Shown here: positions 1 to 13,640 of the stretch, piece after piece
Layout of the letters: each line of letters starts with the position of its first letter
How positions within the stretch are numbered: position 1 is the stretch's first letter
NCBI GenBank assembly: GCA_026770705.1
Contig: JANJGN010000034.1
Coordinates: 4,092,001-4,156,000 of the forward strand
DNA length: 64,000 nucleotides
Reading direction: 5' to 3'
DNA from: Isurus oxyrinchus
Lineage: Eukaryota
Notes under the pieces: model-generated
What the model saw: the letters and a program-made list of their open reading frames with translations, nothing else
What the model was told of the DNA's origin: nothing
Databases searched by the model: none
Program-made: the position numbers and the translations under genes

Positions 1-3000
1 TAACTGACAAATTAAGTGTTTGTTCTTGCTTGGGGCCATTGGTTTAAAAACGCGTGAGTAATCGAACAGAAATTCTATTGACATGGCTATTAAAAATGCA
101 ATGGTTGTCCGAAACTGGCCGGGAAATTGGAAGGTCTGGTATGGCGAGGATCGGATATAAAGTTTTGGAAAATCAATCAAAATTCCTTATTTAATGCGAA
201 AGAGATACCTAGTAATAGCTCCATGATTTAGAGAGAACGGGAGCCTATCAAACATTCATCAAACATGGCAATATATTTTAGCAGTGATGGACTTTAACAG
301 AGAATATGGAACAGAAAAAACGTGAGACCACACTGGACTCCTGCCTTGCTCTATGCCGTTCTGCTTGCGTGGGTACCGCCAGAAGTCCCAAACGCACGTT
401 TCTCTGTAATGCAAATGTCATTCCTAACATGCAAATTAATCTCCAGAAAACCAAGAGAATTCCGAACATCAAATACACTATCTAGGATATTCTGCTTGAA
501 CAGTGCTTTTTTGAGCCCATTAAAATTCAGAGCATTCACGACACAACAATCATCAGGTTACTTGATCGGTTGCAAATGCTCTCACGACAACCATTTGAAA
601 AACGAAGGACACATTTAAGCAACCAGAAAAATCAGAATTGAGGTCATGATTTAGGCTGTTAATGCAATTTTTAATTTTGATCTCCAGAGACCAAGGAACA
701 GAGTTTTTTTTTCAATTTATGTCATAATAATTATTCAGGTGTAATGTGGCAAATATTTATTTTGGACGTATGCATTGGAATTTGATGGAATGGCATTGAA
801 TGGCTATTTGCAACACGATTGCCACGTTCTGGTATTTGAATTTAGTGAGCTAGGCTGACATGTATGTTTGATCCCGCTGATTTGCAATCGCTGTCATTCA
901 GAAAAGCTTGATTTTTAAGGTGTAATTCCAGTTCCCAAACCTTATTTTATTCGCTTCAACGGTCTTTTACATTCTCATCCCTTTAGAATTTTAGAGAAAT
1001 TGGGTGGCTCGTTTCCAAAACAATATTGAATTCTCGCCACCTTGTGTCCAAATTTCAACTGCTATAGCAGAATGTGTAAACATATTCTCAGAAATTCATT
1101 TATCATTCTGCTTTTCAAAGACTGATCAACTAGACAAATAATGGACTAGTTGACTTGATGTAGGATCTTGTTTTTTGCAATCCCTGAATGATTTTGGGAA
1201 GGTTCACCTTACTGTGAATAACATTCATTCCGATTTGATATTGTTGTTGTTCTACATGAATGATTCCATAACAACAAACAACAAATACTCAAATACGTCC
1301 AATGTTTTGCATTTATCAAACTGTGAACTGTGGGAATTATGATGCAAAACACGTTACTAAGTTTATGAAAAGCATAAAAATTCTCCAGATCATCCAATTA
1401 TCGGCCATTTTATTGAAGATTCCTCCCTTTCAAACTTTTTTGACTGAATATTATCATTGTTTATCCAAATCATTTTTACAGCTCTACAAAATGGACGAAG
1501 CTGTGTCTGTGAATGATGCTCTGTCTGGGAGTGTCAACGGGATATGAAACGGCGAGCGGCCTTGCCAAATTGTACGTGAAATATGGGTTAGTTTTCAGGA
1601 CGATTTGGATATTCAGAAGTATAAAGTTGACTCTGGCAGAACTGACAAAATGCAAGGAATGTAAAGCTATACCTTTGTGCTTTTATTTCTATATACTTGT
1701 CTTTCTTAAGCTTTGGGAGAAATTGAGAGATAGTCTGAGATGAAACAATGAGCGAGGCAGACAGAAAGAGAGTGAGAATGTTGGATTACAAAGGGGTGAA
1801 TTGGAAGGAGTTTGATGGGGAGAGAAATCTTCGCCAGGATGAAGCGATTGCCAATATTGGACAATTGGCTTTCAGTGAAGTCACATCATAACCAATTTGA
1901 TGTGTCATCTCATCAAACGAGTGCCCTGGGACTGTTTGTACTTTTGATGCTGTGCTAATTGTTCAGTTAAAGTTAAATGTTTAGAGAAATACACGTTTTA
2001 ATGCATTTTTTACGACTCACATTTAAAGAAGAAAGGAGACATAAAGGATTTTTCTTTTGGAACAATCGCATAAGACAGCCTTGGCCAGCGACTCTGTTTC
2101 AAATGCATGCATTGGCAAATGTTAGGAAGGAAATTACGGCTTTTAGCATGAAGTTCGTCAAAGGCGATTTGCTTCCTCTTCCACATAATTAATTGCAGAA
2201 ATATCTACCCGTCAAAATCCGGTCAAGGAAATTGCTCGCCCAACAGGCAATCAATTAAAAAGCAGGTAAAGTTCGAAGTGACGTATACCTTTTGGTGATG
2301 AAATGTCTGCTAATTTACATAATTTTTCTGAATAGCAGCACGTAAATCAGATGAGGAAATGAACTAAGTATACGTCTTCGGATGCAAGGGAGGTAAATGT
2401 ACATGGAACTGAAGACAAAACAATACGTGAGAGTTTTTAAGCACTGTGTTGATAGCAAAGGCAACTGTTGCTAAATTTTACTCGAGCATAATGAAGGCCC
2501 GTTGAAGGAGGGTCACCTTTTTTAAGGTAGGATTGAAGGAATTGCTTTTCTAATTCGCAGCAGTTTCATGTAATTTCTTGCTACTTATTCAAGCATCGTT
2601 TTAACATGATATATAAAATTTGATATAATGATACTTGGAGTTAAATTATGGAGTTCGTTGAACGACAGACTACACATTGGAAGGCAACAGTACAATTTTT
2701 GTTGGAAAGCAGCACATGGAGTTGAAATGATTGTTGTTTGGAATGGACTGAATTGTCAACTGTATGCCCCGCGTGATGTTAATTCATTTGAAGGTAATAG
2801 TACAGAAATTGAGATTTGATAGCAATATAAAATAAAGCCATCATCCAAATCTGAACTTTTAATTGAACTGGCTGTAATGATCACGAAAAGGAATATTGGA
2901 ACAGCATTCAATATTCCATAATGGAAAATGAGATCCTGCAACAACTTTCGAAATCAATCAAGCAAAAATCTACATTTTCACTGAAAAGGAGGCACAGTAA

Positions 3001-5133
3001 CATCTAAATGATTTAGAAAGTATTGGCTCCAGTGAAGCTACCATCTTCAACAGAGATAGTGAAACAGAAATCTCTTGCTCGGAATCTCTACACGTGGAAT
3101 AATGTCTTTCAGTTTGAGTGGGTTCCCTCGCATGTACCAAAACCATGTGTTCCAGAAATGCATGCGTCATGCCCACAACGTAGGTGATACGTTAGAAAGC
3201 GAGATAATGTGCCATCCTGACATTTTTTTTCAGAATGTTTGAGCAGCCCCTGAATCATCACCCTTCAAATTTAGGGCAATCGTTGCAACAGCAGTAATCA
3301 GGAAATGTGATGCCTTGGAAATGCTTCCACCGCAATCGATTGAAAAATAAAGCACACAGATTTAATGAGTTGATAATATTCCAGGTGTGAGGTGATTATT
3401 GAAGCTGTTGATTAAAACGATTAATTTGAAGTACAAACACCAATTTAAGGAGCTGTTTTCTACGTGTAGATTCACAAATATTAGATTGGGATACATGCAA
3501 CCTGCCTTCATATAACAGAAGTTTACGACTTATTGCTTAAGATTGAAAAAGTCCGGATATATGAAAGGATTGAGAGAGGACTTTGTTTATTTTACCCCCG
3601 CTGATGTACACTAGCTGTTCGTGCAAAATGTTTTAACTTTTTCATAATGCCCATGTTTGACACAAAAAGAATACAGAGTAAGATCAAAATGAGTCAGAGA
3701 GTGTGGACGCAGCCAATTATTCGACAACCATTATAATATATGCAACGAGTAATGGGTTGTGATGTGGGTTGTGATATATAAAACATCCGAGTGGAAAGTG
3801 GAACGGTGCCTATATTTATGCCCTTCTGTTCGTGTGGGTTTCCACTGGTACTCCAAACTGATAAGGCTCAGGAATGCAGGCACCACACCTGAAATGCACA
3901 TGAATTTCCAAGAAGGCAGATGATTTCGAATCTCCACATGACGTAGCAAGTGCATGTTGTTTCAGCAGCACTCCATTTAGAACCATTAAAATGGAGAGCA
4001 ACCTAGAGAAAATCAGCCATCAATACATTTGATCTCTGGGAAAGGTTGCCACTGCTATGGTTTGCAAAGGCAATGGGCACAGATTTACCAGGCTGATAAA
4101 TATCCAGGTTTTGAGGTGATGAATTATTATGGTAATGCAATTAGTTATATTGATCAAGTCACATCAATTGAAACTGCTATTTCAGATGGTTCCATAATGT
4201 GCTCCCACGATTACGGTTTCAATTATCTAATTGTGGCAGATGAACTCTAAGTTGATATAAATACATTGTGGGGCTAATTGCAGGTAAATTTCAAAGCCCC
4301 ATTATATGGATGGAGTGAGCTCGGCCTACATTCATATATGGGCACGGTTGAATTTCACTGAATATGGATTCAGCTTATCTTGATTTTACATTTGTTTTTT
4401 TCAGGTCCCAAATCTCATTTAACAAGCGTCAATGCTCAATAAGACCCTTCTCCTGCCACTAAGTATTTACAACCCTTGGCCACATCATTTCTAACTTAAA
4501 ATTCAACTGCCCGACCTTGAACTCGGGATTTAAATTACTGATAACAGTATCTGGCACATGTCTGCAAAAGTTCCACTGAGCATGGTTCTTCTGGAAAACT
4601 GTTAACAACATAATTGTAAAAGATCTGATGATTGGCACAAATATAGAGCTTGTCGACCTGACGTCAGGTGTTGAAAGATCCCTGAAGCAGTTTGGGATGG
4701 ACCATCTTATTATGAATACGATTCAAAACAATTTGATGTTCTTTTTTTTTACCTTTATAGCATATTTTGCAAAAGCAAACAACTCAACTGTACATAAATA
4801 TTTCCAACTTAATCTTTGTTGGGAGAGTTTGGTTGTGAAATACTTTGCTTAAGTTATTAAAATTCTGATGATTCTCCAGGTTCTTCCAACCATCAATCGC
4901 ATTGTTATTGTTGAATTTTCCTGTCTTGAATCTTTTGTGAATAAAATATAGTCTTTGAACTGTCAAGAAATTTTTGCAAGCCAAATGGCTTGAAGCTGTG
5001 CCCTTTAATGTCACCTTGACATCAGGTGGCATGAGACATCTATCAAAGTAGAACTAAAATATGGGTGTGTTGTCAGGATGGTTTGGATTTTTACAAATGT
5101 AGCTCTCACAAAACTGACAGGATGTCCAGGCAT

Positions 5134-5363
5134 TAAAAACAAAAAAAACTGTGGATGCTTGAAATCCAAAACAAAAACAGAATCTGGAGAAACTCAGCAG
5201 GTCTGGCAGCATCGGCGGAGAAGAAAGGAGTTGTCATTTCAAGTCCGCATGTTCCTTCAACAGAGCTCTGTTTAAGGGTCCTGAGGACTCGAAACATCAA
5301 CTCTTTTTTTCTCTGCCGGTGATGCCAGACCTGCTGAGTTTTTCCAGGTAATTCTGATTTTGT
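5134..5363. mobile_element. Palindromic non-autonomous Penelope-like terminal element
   Basis: Inverted arms 'aaactcagcaggtctggcagcatc' / 'gatgccagacctgctgagtttt' are centred on 'cagagctctg' (5261-5270). The sequence belongs to the same family as the termini of the PLE at 6455-8847. Confidence 0.85.
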
Positions 5364-5870
5364 CCAGTTATTAAGTACCATTTACATTTCTTGAATTACA
5401 TGTAATTGAATTTTGTGCAACATACAAGTTGTTATTCAGAAGGAGGAAAAAGGGAAAGAGAGAAGAGGCGCTTCCAGTCAACGACCAAATGACCCAGGGA
5501 TATAAATTTCAATGTTGCCTTATCAGCTATTAGTGATGTATCTTCAGGAGCAACTTGACAAATTGCACTACAACGTCCCGTCAAAGCAGTGTCCGCATTG
5601 ATGTTAGCTGTCGCTCCTGTGGTAATTGATCAACTGAAAAACATATAGATGCAAATAAATCTTTGTTTTTCTTTTTATGATTCAGAGTTAAAGAAGAAAG
5701 GAGAAGGTGGGGGTCACAACATTTCCTTTATATCAAATGCATAAACAAGATTGGCGAGCTAACTGTTTTAAAAGTATCTAACTGTTCACTTTGGTAAATA
5801 GCTTTCCAGTGTCAGGAACAATTTTTCTGTCGGAAATCATAAGCAATGCGTTTTCTCTCACTAATGATTA

Positions 5871-6450
5871 GTGATTCGGTGGTAGAATACTTGCGGGTTG
5901 CTGAAAAAAACTGTGCCCTGTCTAAGCTTTTTTTGTTACACTCATCAGGACACTTGGAAAAATATCAATCACAAGCAGAAAACGTCTATTTGTGAGGAAT
6001 GTGTGGAGAGTGTAGATTGCTTGACAACAGGCATCACAATGGCGAATCAACCCACTCACGGTGATTCACAGATAAATTCCAAGTTTTGCTTGACAATTAA
6101 GGCAAGCCGCATGAATACAACTGAACAATTTATTGCACTTGGAAATGTGTCTGCGAATGGCTATCTCCACTTTGGCTTAGATGAAACTGGAGAAATCCAT
6201 GTTCATGTCCTAACTATAAGCAAAGAATAGCTGTATTATGACATCCGGCATGCAGCTGACACAACTGTGCCACATTGCGATGCTTACTGTAAATCTTAAA
6301 TTGTTTGTTATCAAAGCTCTTGGTATGTTGAGCATTATTTAGCAAATGTTGTCTAATCGCAGAACGCACCTATTGTGGGACAGTAGTTTTAAGTTTTGCA
6401 AGCACAGGCTGGTTGGGTCCCACTGATTCCTGTCCCTTATGAAAAGGTGC
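5871..6450 (-). mobile_element. Old Penelope-like element, 3' part (continues at 8848-9215)
   Basis: Homologous to the left ends of 43868-45290, 53015-54450 and 58070-58550. Contains 'cactcatcaggacac' (CTGATGA on the - strand). Confidence 0.7.
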
Positions 6451-6454
6451 TGCG

Positions 6455-8847
6455 ACAAAAACAAAAATACCAGGAAAAACTCAGCAAGTCTGACAGCATC
6501 TGTGAACAGGGATACAGTTGACATTTCGAGTCCATATGATCCTTCATCAAAATTAAGTCATATAGAAATGAGATGAAAAATAACTAGTAGAGGGGATGGC
6601 TGGGCAGGTAGAGCTCTGTGGGGGGCCAGAGATAGTCGGAGGTCAAGGTAATACAGCCAAATATGTCATTCATCAAAGGAGAGAGGGGAGCCAAAGCTGG
6701 CGCCACTATCCAAAAAATGTGGCAAAGTCGGACATCAAGGGCAGAACGCCAGACAAGGAAGTGGGAGATGAGCCTCGTGGGGTTGGAGTGGAGGGAAGGA
6801 TCCTAAATGGGCCAAAAGGTGGAGGTGAAACAATGGATGGAAATAAATTTAAACATAAGAGGGTAAATAAAAATGTGTTTGTAAAAAAATGATAATTTTT
6901 TGGAAAAAAACGGGATCGGAATGGGCGGGGATAGAGGAGAGAGTTCAAAATATGAAACTGTTGAACTAAATATTAAATCTGGAAGGCCGCAAAGTGCCTA
7001 GTCGGTAGATGATATGCTGCTTCTTCAGATTGCTTTTAGCTTCACTAGAACACTGCAGCAGGCCAAGGATGGACACAAGGACATTAAAGCATGGTGGCAC
7101 GCCGAAACGGCCAGTGACAGGGAGATCTGTGTCATGTTTGCTGACAGACCGAATGTGTCCTCCGAAGCGGTCACCCAGTCTGAGTTTAGTCTCTCCAATG
7201 TACAGGACACTGCATCATGAGCAGCAAACACAACAGGCCAAACTGATGGAAGCGCAAGTGAAGAGCCACCCAAGTCGAAAGGAGTGTTTGGGCCACTGAA
7301 CTCTGAGGAGGAATGAAGTAAAGGGGTAGGTGTTGCACCCTCTGTGGATACATTGGAAGGTGCCGTGGGAGGGGGTTGACGTGTAGGGGCTGATGAAAGA
7401 ACGGACCAGAGTGTACCGGAGAGAGCGATCCCTGCAGATATCCGTGAAGGGCAGTGAAGGGAAGATATGCCCTTTGGCAGAACTATGCTGGAACGGACAG
7501 AAATTTTGGCAGACGATCCCCCGATCGCAGAGGCTGCTGGGACGACAACCCAGGACAATTGGGACCCCACCACGGCTCTGGTAGGGAATGAACATTGCAA
7601 GGGCGAATGCGCGGGAGATAATTTGGACATGCTTCAAGACCCTGTCAATCAACCTGGTGGGAGGAAACCCCCTTTTAAGGATAAAGGAAGGCATGACAGA
7701 GGAAGTGTTTTGGAAAGTGGCATCATCAGAACAGATGGAGGGGTGGAAATTGGAAACAAAGCCAACAAATTCTTCTGCAACTGTAAGAATTTGTTGGTAT
7801 TGTTCTGATTTAAACCCTCCAATGTTTCGACATGATCCTTCTCTGTCAATTCCCTACCCATCGTTGGCCCCTCTGCCTCAATTTCTGCTGATAGACTGTC
7901 CACCAAATTTCATTGCAGCCCTGCCGACTCCCACAGCTGCCTCCAATGCAGCTCCCCACCCCTCGCCACCGGTCGGGGCTCGGTCCCAAACTCTCAGTTC
8001 CCTCCTCTCCGTCACATCTGTATTTTTTATGATGCCACTTTTCTAAACACTGCATTAGAGGATGGGGTGCGGGCCGGACAGAGACTGGGTGACCGCTTTG
8101 CGGAACACCTTTGGTCTGTTGGCAAGCATGACCCTGACCTCCCTGTCGATTTTCATTTCAACACTCCAACCTGCTCTCATGCCCGATTGTCCATCGTTGG
8201 CCTGCTGCATTGCTTCAGTGAAGCTAAATGCAAGCTGGCGGAGCAATGCTTCATCTTCTGACAGGGCACTTTACAGCATTCCGGACTTAATAGTTAGTTT
8301 AAAAATTTCAGATCGTAAACTCTGTCATCCATACCCGCCCCCTTTCCAATCACTTTATTTTTTTCCGAGCATTGATCAAATTTTACAAGTGTATTCTCTC
8401 CCCCCTCCTTGTTTTAAATTTATTTCGATCTGTTGCTTCGTCTCCACCTTTTGGCCCGTTTCCGTCCGTACCCCCCACCCTACCACCGCTAGGGTAATTC
8501 CAACTTGCTCGTCCTGCTTTCTGCCCTTGGTGTCGCCATTGACACATCCTGTGGATAGTGTCACCACCATCGGCATCACTTTGTCCTTTTGTCTATGACA
8601 TTTTTGGCGGTCTCATCTTGTCCTCCACCTATCACTGCCCCCCTCTCGAGCTCTAACTGTCGCATCCACCCCCGCCTACCAGGCTATATTTCATCACATT
8701 TCTGTGTGTCTTATATCTGATGAAGGGTCATACGGATTTGAAACGTCAACACTATCCCTCTCTGCAGATGTTGTCAGACCTGCTGGGTTTTTCAAGGTAT
8801 TTTGATTTTCTTCTAGATTTTTCAGCATCCTCAGTATTGTGCTTCTA
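6455..8847. mobile_element. Younger Penelope-like retroelement with inverted structure (degenerate RT C-terminus/GIY-YIG)
   Basis: Inverted termini 6455-6552 / 8716-8812. The - strand reads 'MPSFILKRGFPP..IDRVLKHV..ISR' (7694->) and 'YIGETKLRLGDRF' (~7200). The + strand carries a second GIY-YIG fragment 'RLGDRFAEHL.SV.KHDPDLPV..HFN' (8080-8260). Frameshifted. Confidence 0.92.
8717..8747 (+). ncRNA. Minimal hammerhead-ribozyme-like motif in the PLE terminal repeat (degenerate helix II)
   Basis: CTGATGA-a-gggtc-atacg-gattt-GAAAC-GTC. PLE terminal repeats are known to carry minimal hammerheads. Confidence 0.55.
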
Positions 8848-9215
8848 TCTGAGTGTTTAGGGCATGTTGTTTGATGTGATCCACCAGTCTCTGTATGTAA
8901 GATGTACATACCTAGAATCACACAAACATTGAAATTCATATACCTCATTACGCATTTGCGTGATTAGCTGAATGTTCATTTGGCTTGACGCATCATCCTG
9001 TTAGAGGAGAATAGCAAATCGAGTGTGAATCAGCTCACTTCACCTGGTGCTCAAATATTTGAGAAGTCTTCAAATTATGGGGAATTCTGAGGTAGAATAG
9101 GCACTTTTCAGGGTTTCAACTTAATGTCATAGCCACGTTCATGAGTATGGCTGAAATAAAATGCGAAATAACCTGATCAGCTTAGCGTCACAGTGAAGGA
9201 CCAAGAAGTGGACGG
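8848..9215 (-). mobile_element. Old Penelope-like element, GIY-YIG region
   Basis: The - strand reads 'PEKCLFYLRIP...SQIFEHQVK' and 'NEVYEFQCLCDSRYV', matching the PLE motif VYEFQCxCDxRYVGRTSQRLxDRIKQH. Confidence 0.88.
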
Positions 9216-9311
9216 ATATGCTTACAACTGCTGGCTTGTGTATTTTCTCGATGAGCCGTCATGAAATATGGAGTAAATACATGTTTTGTGCATTATTTGT
9301 TTACGATTCAG

Positions 9312-9332
9312 AGCTAAAGAAGAAGGAAGAAG
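9312..9332 (+). pseudogene. Putative 21-nt micro-exon (representative copy), ELKKKEE in phase 1
   Basis: tttacgattcAG|agctaaagaagaaggaagaag|GTaata. AG/GT are retained in ten copies (see findings). Confidence 0.45.
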
Positions 9333-12027
9333 GTAATAACATCTTACCTTTTTTTTCGGATGCATAAAGCACCAATGGCGAGCAAACTCTTTCCAGTATA
9401 TAAACTGGCCACTTGGACGAATGGCATTCCAGTACCTGGAATGGTGTTTGTGCCGGAGATCAAAGGCAATGTGTTTCCACTTCCTTATGATTAATTGCAT
9501 GAGATTTCTGTCTGTCCATGTCTGATGACAAAAAGTACTCTCGCAACTGAGAAGCAATGCCTAAGCACAGGGTGGTGAAACTGATTTGGAGCTACGGACC
9601 ATTAAATTGAATGAGGGTGAAGTGATTGCTAATTTATGTTACGCTTCTGAGTAGCAGACTGTAAATGAGTGGAATAAATGTGCCAAGTTTAATTCTTCGC
9701 AGCATTGGAGGTAAAGCTGGATAGAATTGAAGATAAAGCAATTTTGTGATTATTTTCCTGTAACTGTGTGGACCGCCTTTGCCCAATTCAGCTCGACCAT
9801 CATGAAAGCCTGTTGAAGGAGGATCATCTATTTAAGGTGGAATCGAGTGAATTGCCTTTTTCTCTATTTCACAGCAGTGTATCATAATATATTGGGACTT
9901 TTTCAAACAACCTTTCAATATAATGGCAAAAGAGGTAAATTTAAATATTGCTTAAATACTGAGGTTCATAGAAAGACATATTCATTAAAAAAGCAAAAAT
10001 AAATTTTCTGGGAATAAAGCACACGAGTTTGAAATGTCATTTGCTATTTCGAAGGGCAAAATTAGAATTGTATTTTCTTCCTTAACGTTGCTGGCACAAT
10101 TCTTGTTTATTGTACAGAACATGAGATGAGATGGCAAAAAAAGAAACACAGGACGAACGTCAGAGCCTGGACTTTTAATTGCACGGGCTGCAATGATAAG
10201 GAACAAGGTTCTTTGGAAGGCGTACAATCTTCTTTAATGGAAATCTGATCCTTTAATAGCTCTCAAAACTTCAAACAAAAATCCACATTTGATGTGAAAA
10301 GGATGCATGGTAATCGCTATGCTACACGATGCAGAAAGAAAGGTCGCCCGTCATCCTTGCATCAAACTTCGGAATCAATATTACCAGAAATGGACTTTAG
10401 CCGTGATTGTGGAGCAAAAAAAATCCTTAAGAATATGGACTTTTGACCTGTGTAGCTTCATGACTTTCGGCTCTTGCGGGTTTCCTGTGATGTTCCAAAT
10501 GCATGTGGTTCAGGATTGCAGATGTCATGCCAGATTGCATGGGAATTCAGAATCTCTTAAACAAATAATGAGGATATGCTGTTTTAGCAGTGCTTGATTT
10601 AGTAACAATCAATTCAGGGCAACCTGGACATTTGATGTTTTGGAAATACTTTCATCATTTTCGTTTCGAAAATAAAAAGACACAGGTTGATAATACTCCA
10701 CATTTGAACTGATAATTAACGTTGTTAAGCAAGTTACGTACGTTGATCCCCACACACCAATTTAAGGAGCATATACAGATGATGCCATAAGGCTTTTCCA
10801 CCAATACTGTTACAATATTTCATGGGCAACCATGGCGTCTATCTAGATATAACAGAAGTGTAGGGCAAATGGTTCAACGATTGCAAAGTCGCTGAATATG
10901 GAGGAAGTGAGTGAGGCCTACATTTACATTTTCCGGTGCTAAATTGCACTGACTGTCGATTCAGAATCTCTTCATTTAAATAAGATATTTAAGTTTTCAA
11001 AACTGTTTTATTTTGCTTCCAAGCTATTGATGATTCTCCTCGCTTCAATTTATATGAGCCGTTTGCTATCTCCATTCTTACTTAAAATGAAATTTCCCCG
11101 TTCCTGTTGTCTGTTTTTCTTTTGTCATTAACAGAATCTAAAACAATATTTTCACAAAATTAATTTACCATAATTCATTTCAACAACATAGCGAAACATC
11201 TGACTCTCTATGCATATGTAAAACGAGGTGTCTTGACGTCAGGTGCTGATTCAAGCACGTTGGGAAGATTCATCTTATTATGAATGACATTAAGAACACC
11301 TTGATGTTGCTTTTTAACTTCATCGCTGTTTACGACCAACACTGTTCCGAAATATTTCAACAGTTATATCAAACGCCTAAGTAGAAATATTAATGCAACA
11401 TACATTATTGAATTTCTCAAAAGGCTACAGGATCCCCAGCTTCTTCCAACCATCTATCAAGTTGATGAAAATTGCTGTCTTTTAATTCTTTCAGGCTGAA
11501 GTAGTGGCGTGAAGGGCCGAATCATTGCTACATCTCCACCAAACACCTTGAAGCTGTGTTTGCGAATGACAGCTTGACACGACATGGCCTGCAGGGCGAT
11601 TTCGATGTTCAGAAGTATGCTGCTAATTCTCACAAAACGGAAAAAGTGCCAGGAATTTTAAGTAATAAATCTGTGTTTGATTTTCTATTCAATTGATTTG
11701 CAAACAAGCTGCAGAACATTATTGGCTTAAACGTGGAGAATTGGGGATCGATCTTTCTATTTAAAATCGGCAAGATAAATTATTTTGTGAGATGGTTAAA
11801 CATTCTTCTAACAGTATAGCAAGTGAGATAAATTGTTAGCAGAGCTTTGAACAACTAGGTTTCATTGAATGGACAGTGACGCAGGTTTTAGTGATGTAAA
11901 ACGCATTGAGCTGAAATATAATTTGCTGTAAAGAGGAAACATTTGGATCAATTCTTAATTCTAAATTCGTGATGCTGGCTCATTTCAGGGTAATATCCCG
12001 GATCATAAATGACATAGCGATTTATGT

Positions 12028-12224
12028 TTTAATTCTTACAGGCTGAATTAGTGGCATGAAGGGCCGAATCATTGGTACATCTCCAGCAAACCCCGTGAAG
12101 CTGTGTTTGTGAATGTCAGCTTGACACGACATGGCTTGCAGGGCGATTTTGATGTTCAGAAGTATGCTGCTAGTTCTCACAAAACGGAAAAAAGGGCCAG
12201 TAATTTTAAGTAATAAATGTGTGT
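12028..12224 (+). repeat. ~197-nt near-identical direct copy of 11481-11676
   Basis: 'tttaattctt.caggctgaa.tagtggc.tgaagggccgaatcattg...ttttaagtaataaat.tgtgt' is present at both sites. Confidence 0.95.
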
Positions 12225-13548
12225 ACAACAAAATTCAGATTCTGGACAAGCTATTGCATGCTTATGAAATTATTTTGGTTGGTGCATTGGGAAGCTTTTC
12301 AATCTTCTGCAATGGAAATTTATAACCCATACCAACTTCTGGAAAATCAATGAATAATCCTTTAAAATTAAGGCCATCTAGAGAACAGCATTTACTGGGA
12401 CATTTGATCTCTTGGTCATGAGCACACTGCTAATATTTGGGGAAAAAGTGGATTCAGGTATTACAGACTGTTTAAAAAGGCTAGAATGTATTCTCAAAAT
12501 TGAATTAGATATTTTGATATAGGCAGATAAATTTAAGGAGCTGAAATTCATGGTGCCATTATGTTTTTCCATATTGACGGTGACATTTTTTTTAGAGAAG
12601 GAGATAGTTTAAATTCATAGAACCGGAGATTAAGGGCCATTTGCAGAGCGAAGACAAATTCCCGGAAATTGAATGGATAGATTGACACCTTGAACAACAG
12701 TTGTCCCCACTGAATGATACTAAATGTGGATTCAAAATGTCTTGATTTCAGCAAGATATTACAGGGCACAAAATCCAAATGTAACTTTTCAACAGTGTTC
12801 AACATCCCCCCGACTTAACGCCTTTCAGCCCTTGCCCATTTCATTCTATTCCCACCTTCAAGTCTATTGTTCATTTGATTATAACATCATCTCACAGAAT
12901 ACTTTCTAAAATCAACGTGTCATAATACATTTTCAATATTAGTATCTAATAATACATACATATACCTGATCATCTGCCAAGATATAACACTATATGGCTG
13001 GTTACGTGATATTGATTGATTACATTCCTGCAAGCAGTTTGGGAATATTAACCAGGTTATTAATAATATCCAGATAGGTGGATGTTGTTTCGTTTAGTGT
13101 CTAATTCAATAACAGCATGCACCACCACTGTACATTCCTAAGATATGGCATACATCAAACGCTCCATTCGGTGAAATATGACCCAATACACAATACTAAA
13201 TTGATTAAAGAGCTGATAATCTCCCTTGTTCTAACACGTACCAGTAAAGTTGTTGAATTTCCCCGAATGTGAAACCTTTCTCACAGACTAGTTGACTTGG
13301 AAGTGCGAAATTGTTGGTTAGTCCTGGACATTGGGCTCAAGTTTGTCTATGAATGCCAGCTGCAGAGGAATTTGCCAAATATGATGCCAAAATATATTTG
13401 AGATATGCGTACCTGCAAAGTTGATTTGGCTATTAACAAATGTACTGTTAACTCTCACAAAACTCAAAAAATGCCACGGAGGTAATGCAGTAATGTTTCG
13501 ATTCCATGAATATATAATTACATTTTGTACAGGTCGTCTGGAATTGCT

Positions 13549-13640
13549 GAGCGAGAAAGAGAGAAATAAATAGAGAGAGAAAGGGAGAAAGAGATTGAGA
13601 GAGAGATAGAGAGAAGGGAAGAGAGGACAAGGAGAGAGGG
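13549..13640 (+). repeat. (GA)n-rich microsatellite, one per monomer (representative)
   Basis: Homologous tracts start at ~1726, 15414, 16972, 21447, 25836, 26397, 29114, 31060, 34768, 36903, 38725, 42975, 43393, 45965, 51338, 52488, 56332 and 57573. Confidence 0.95.

Noticed and set aside
12810-13400. TLR/LRR pseudogene idea from 'NAFEPLPNL', 'ASNNNL', 'CVCECQL'
   Set aside because: The motifs are in inconsistent frames, there is no 24-aa periodicity and no TIR motif was seen.
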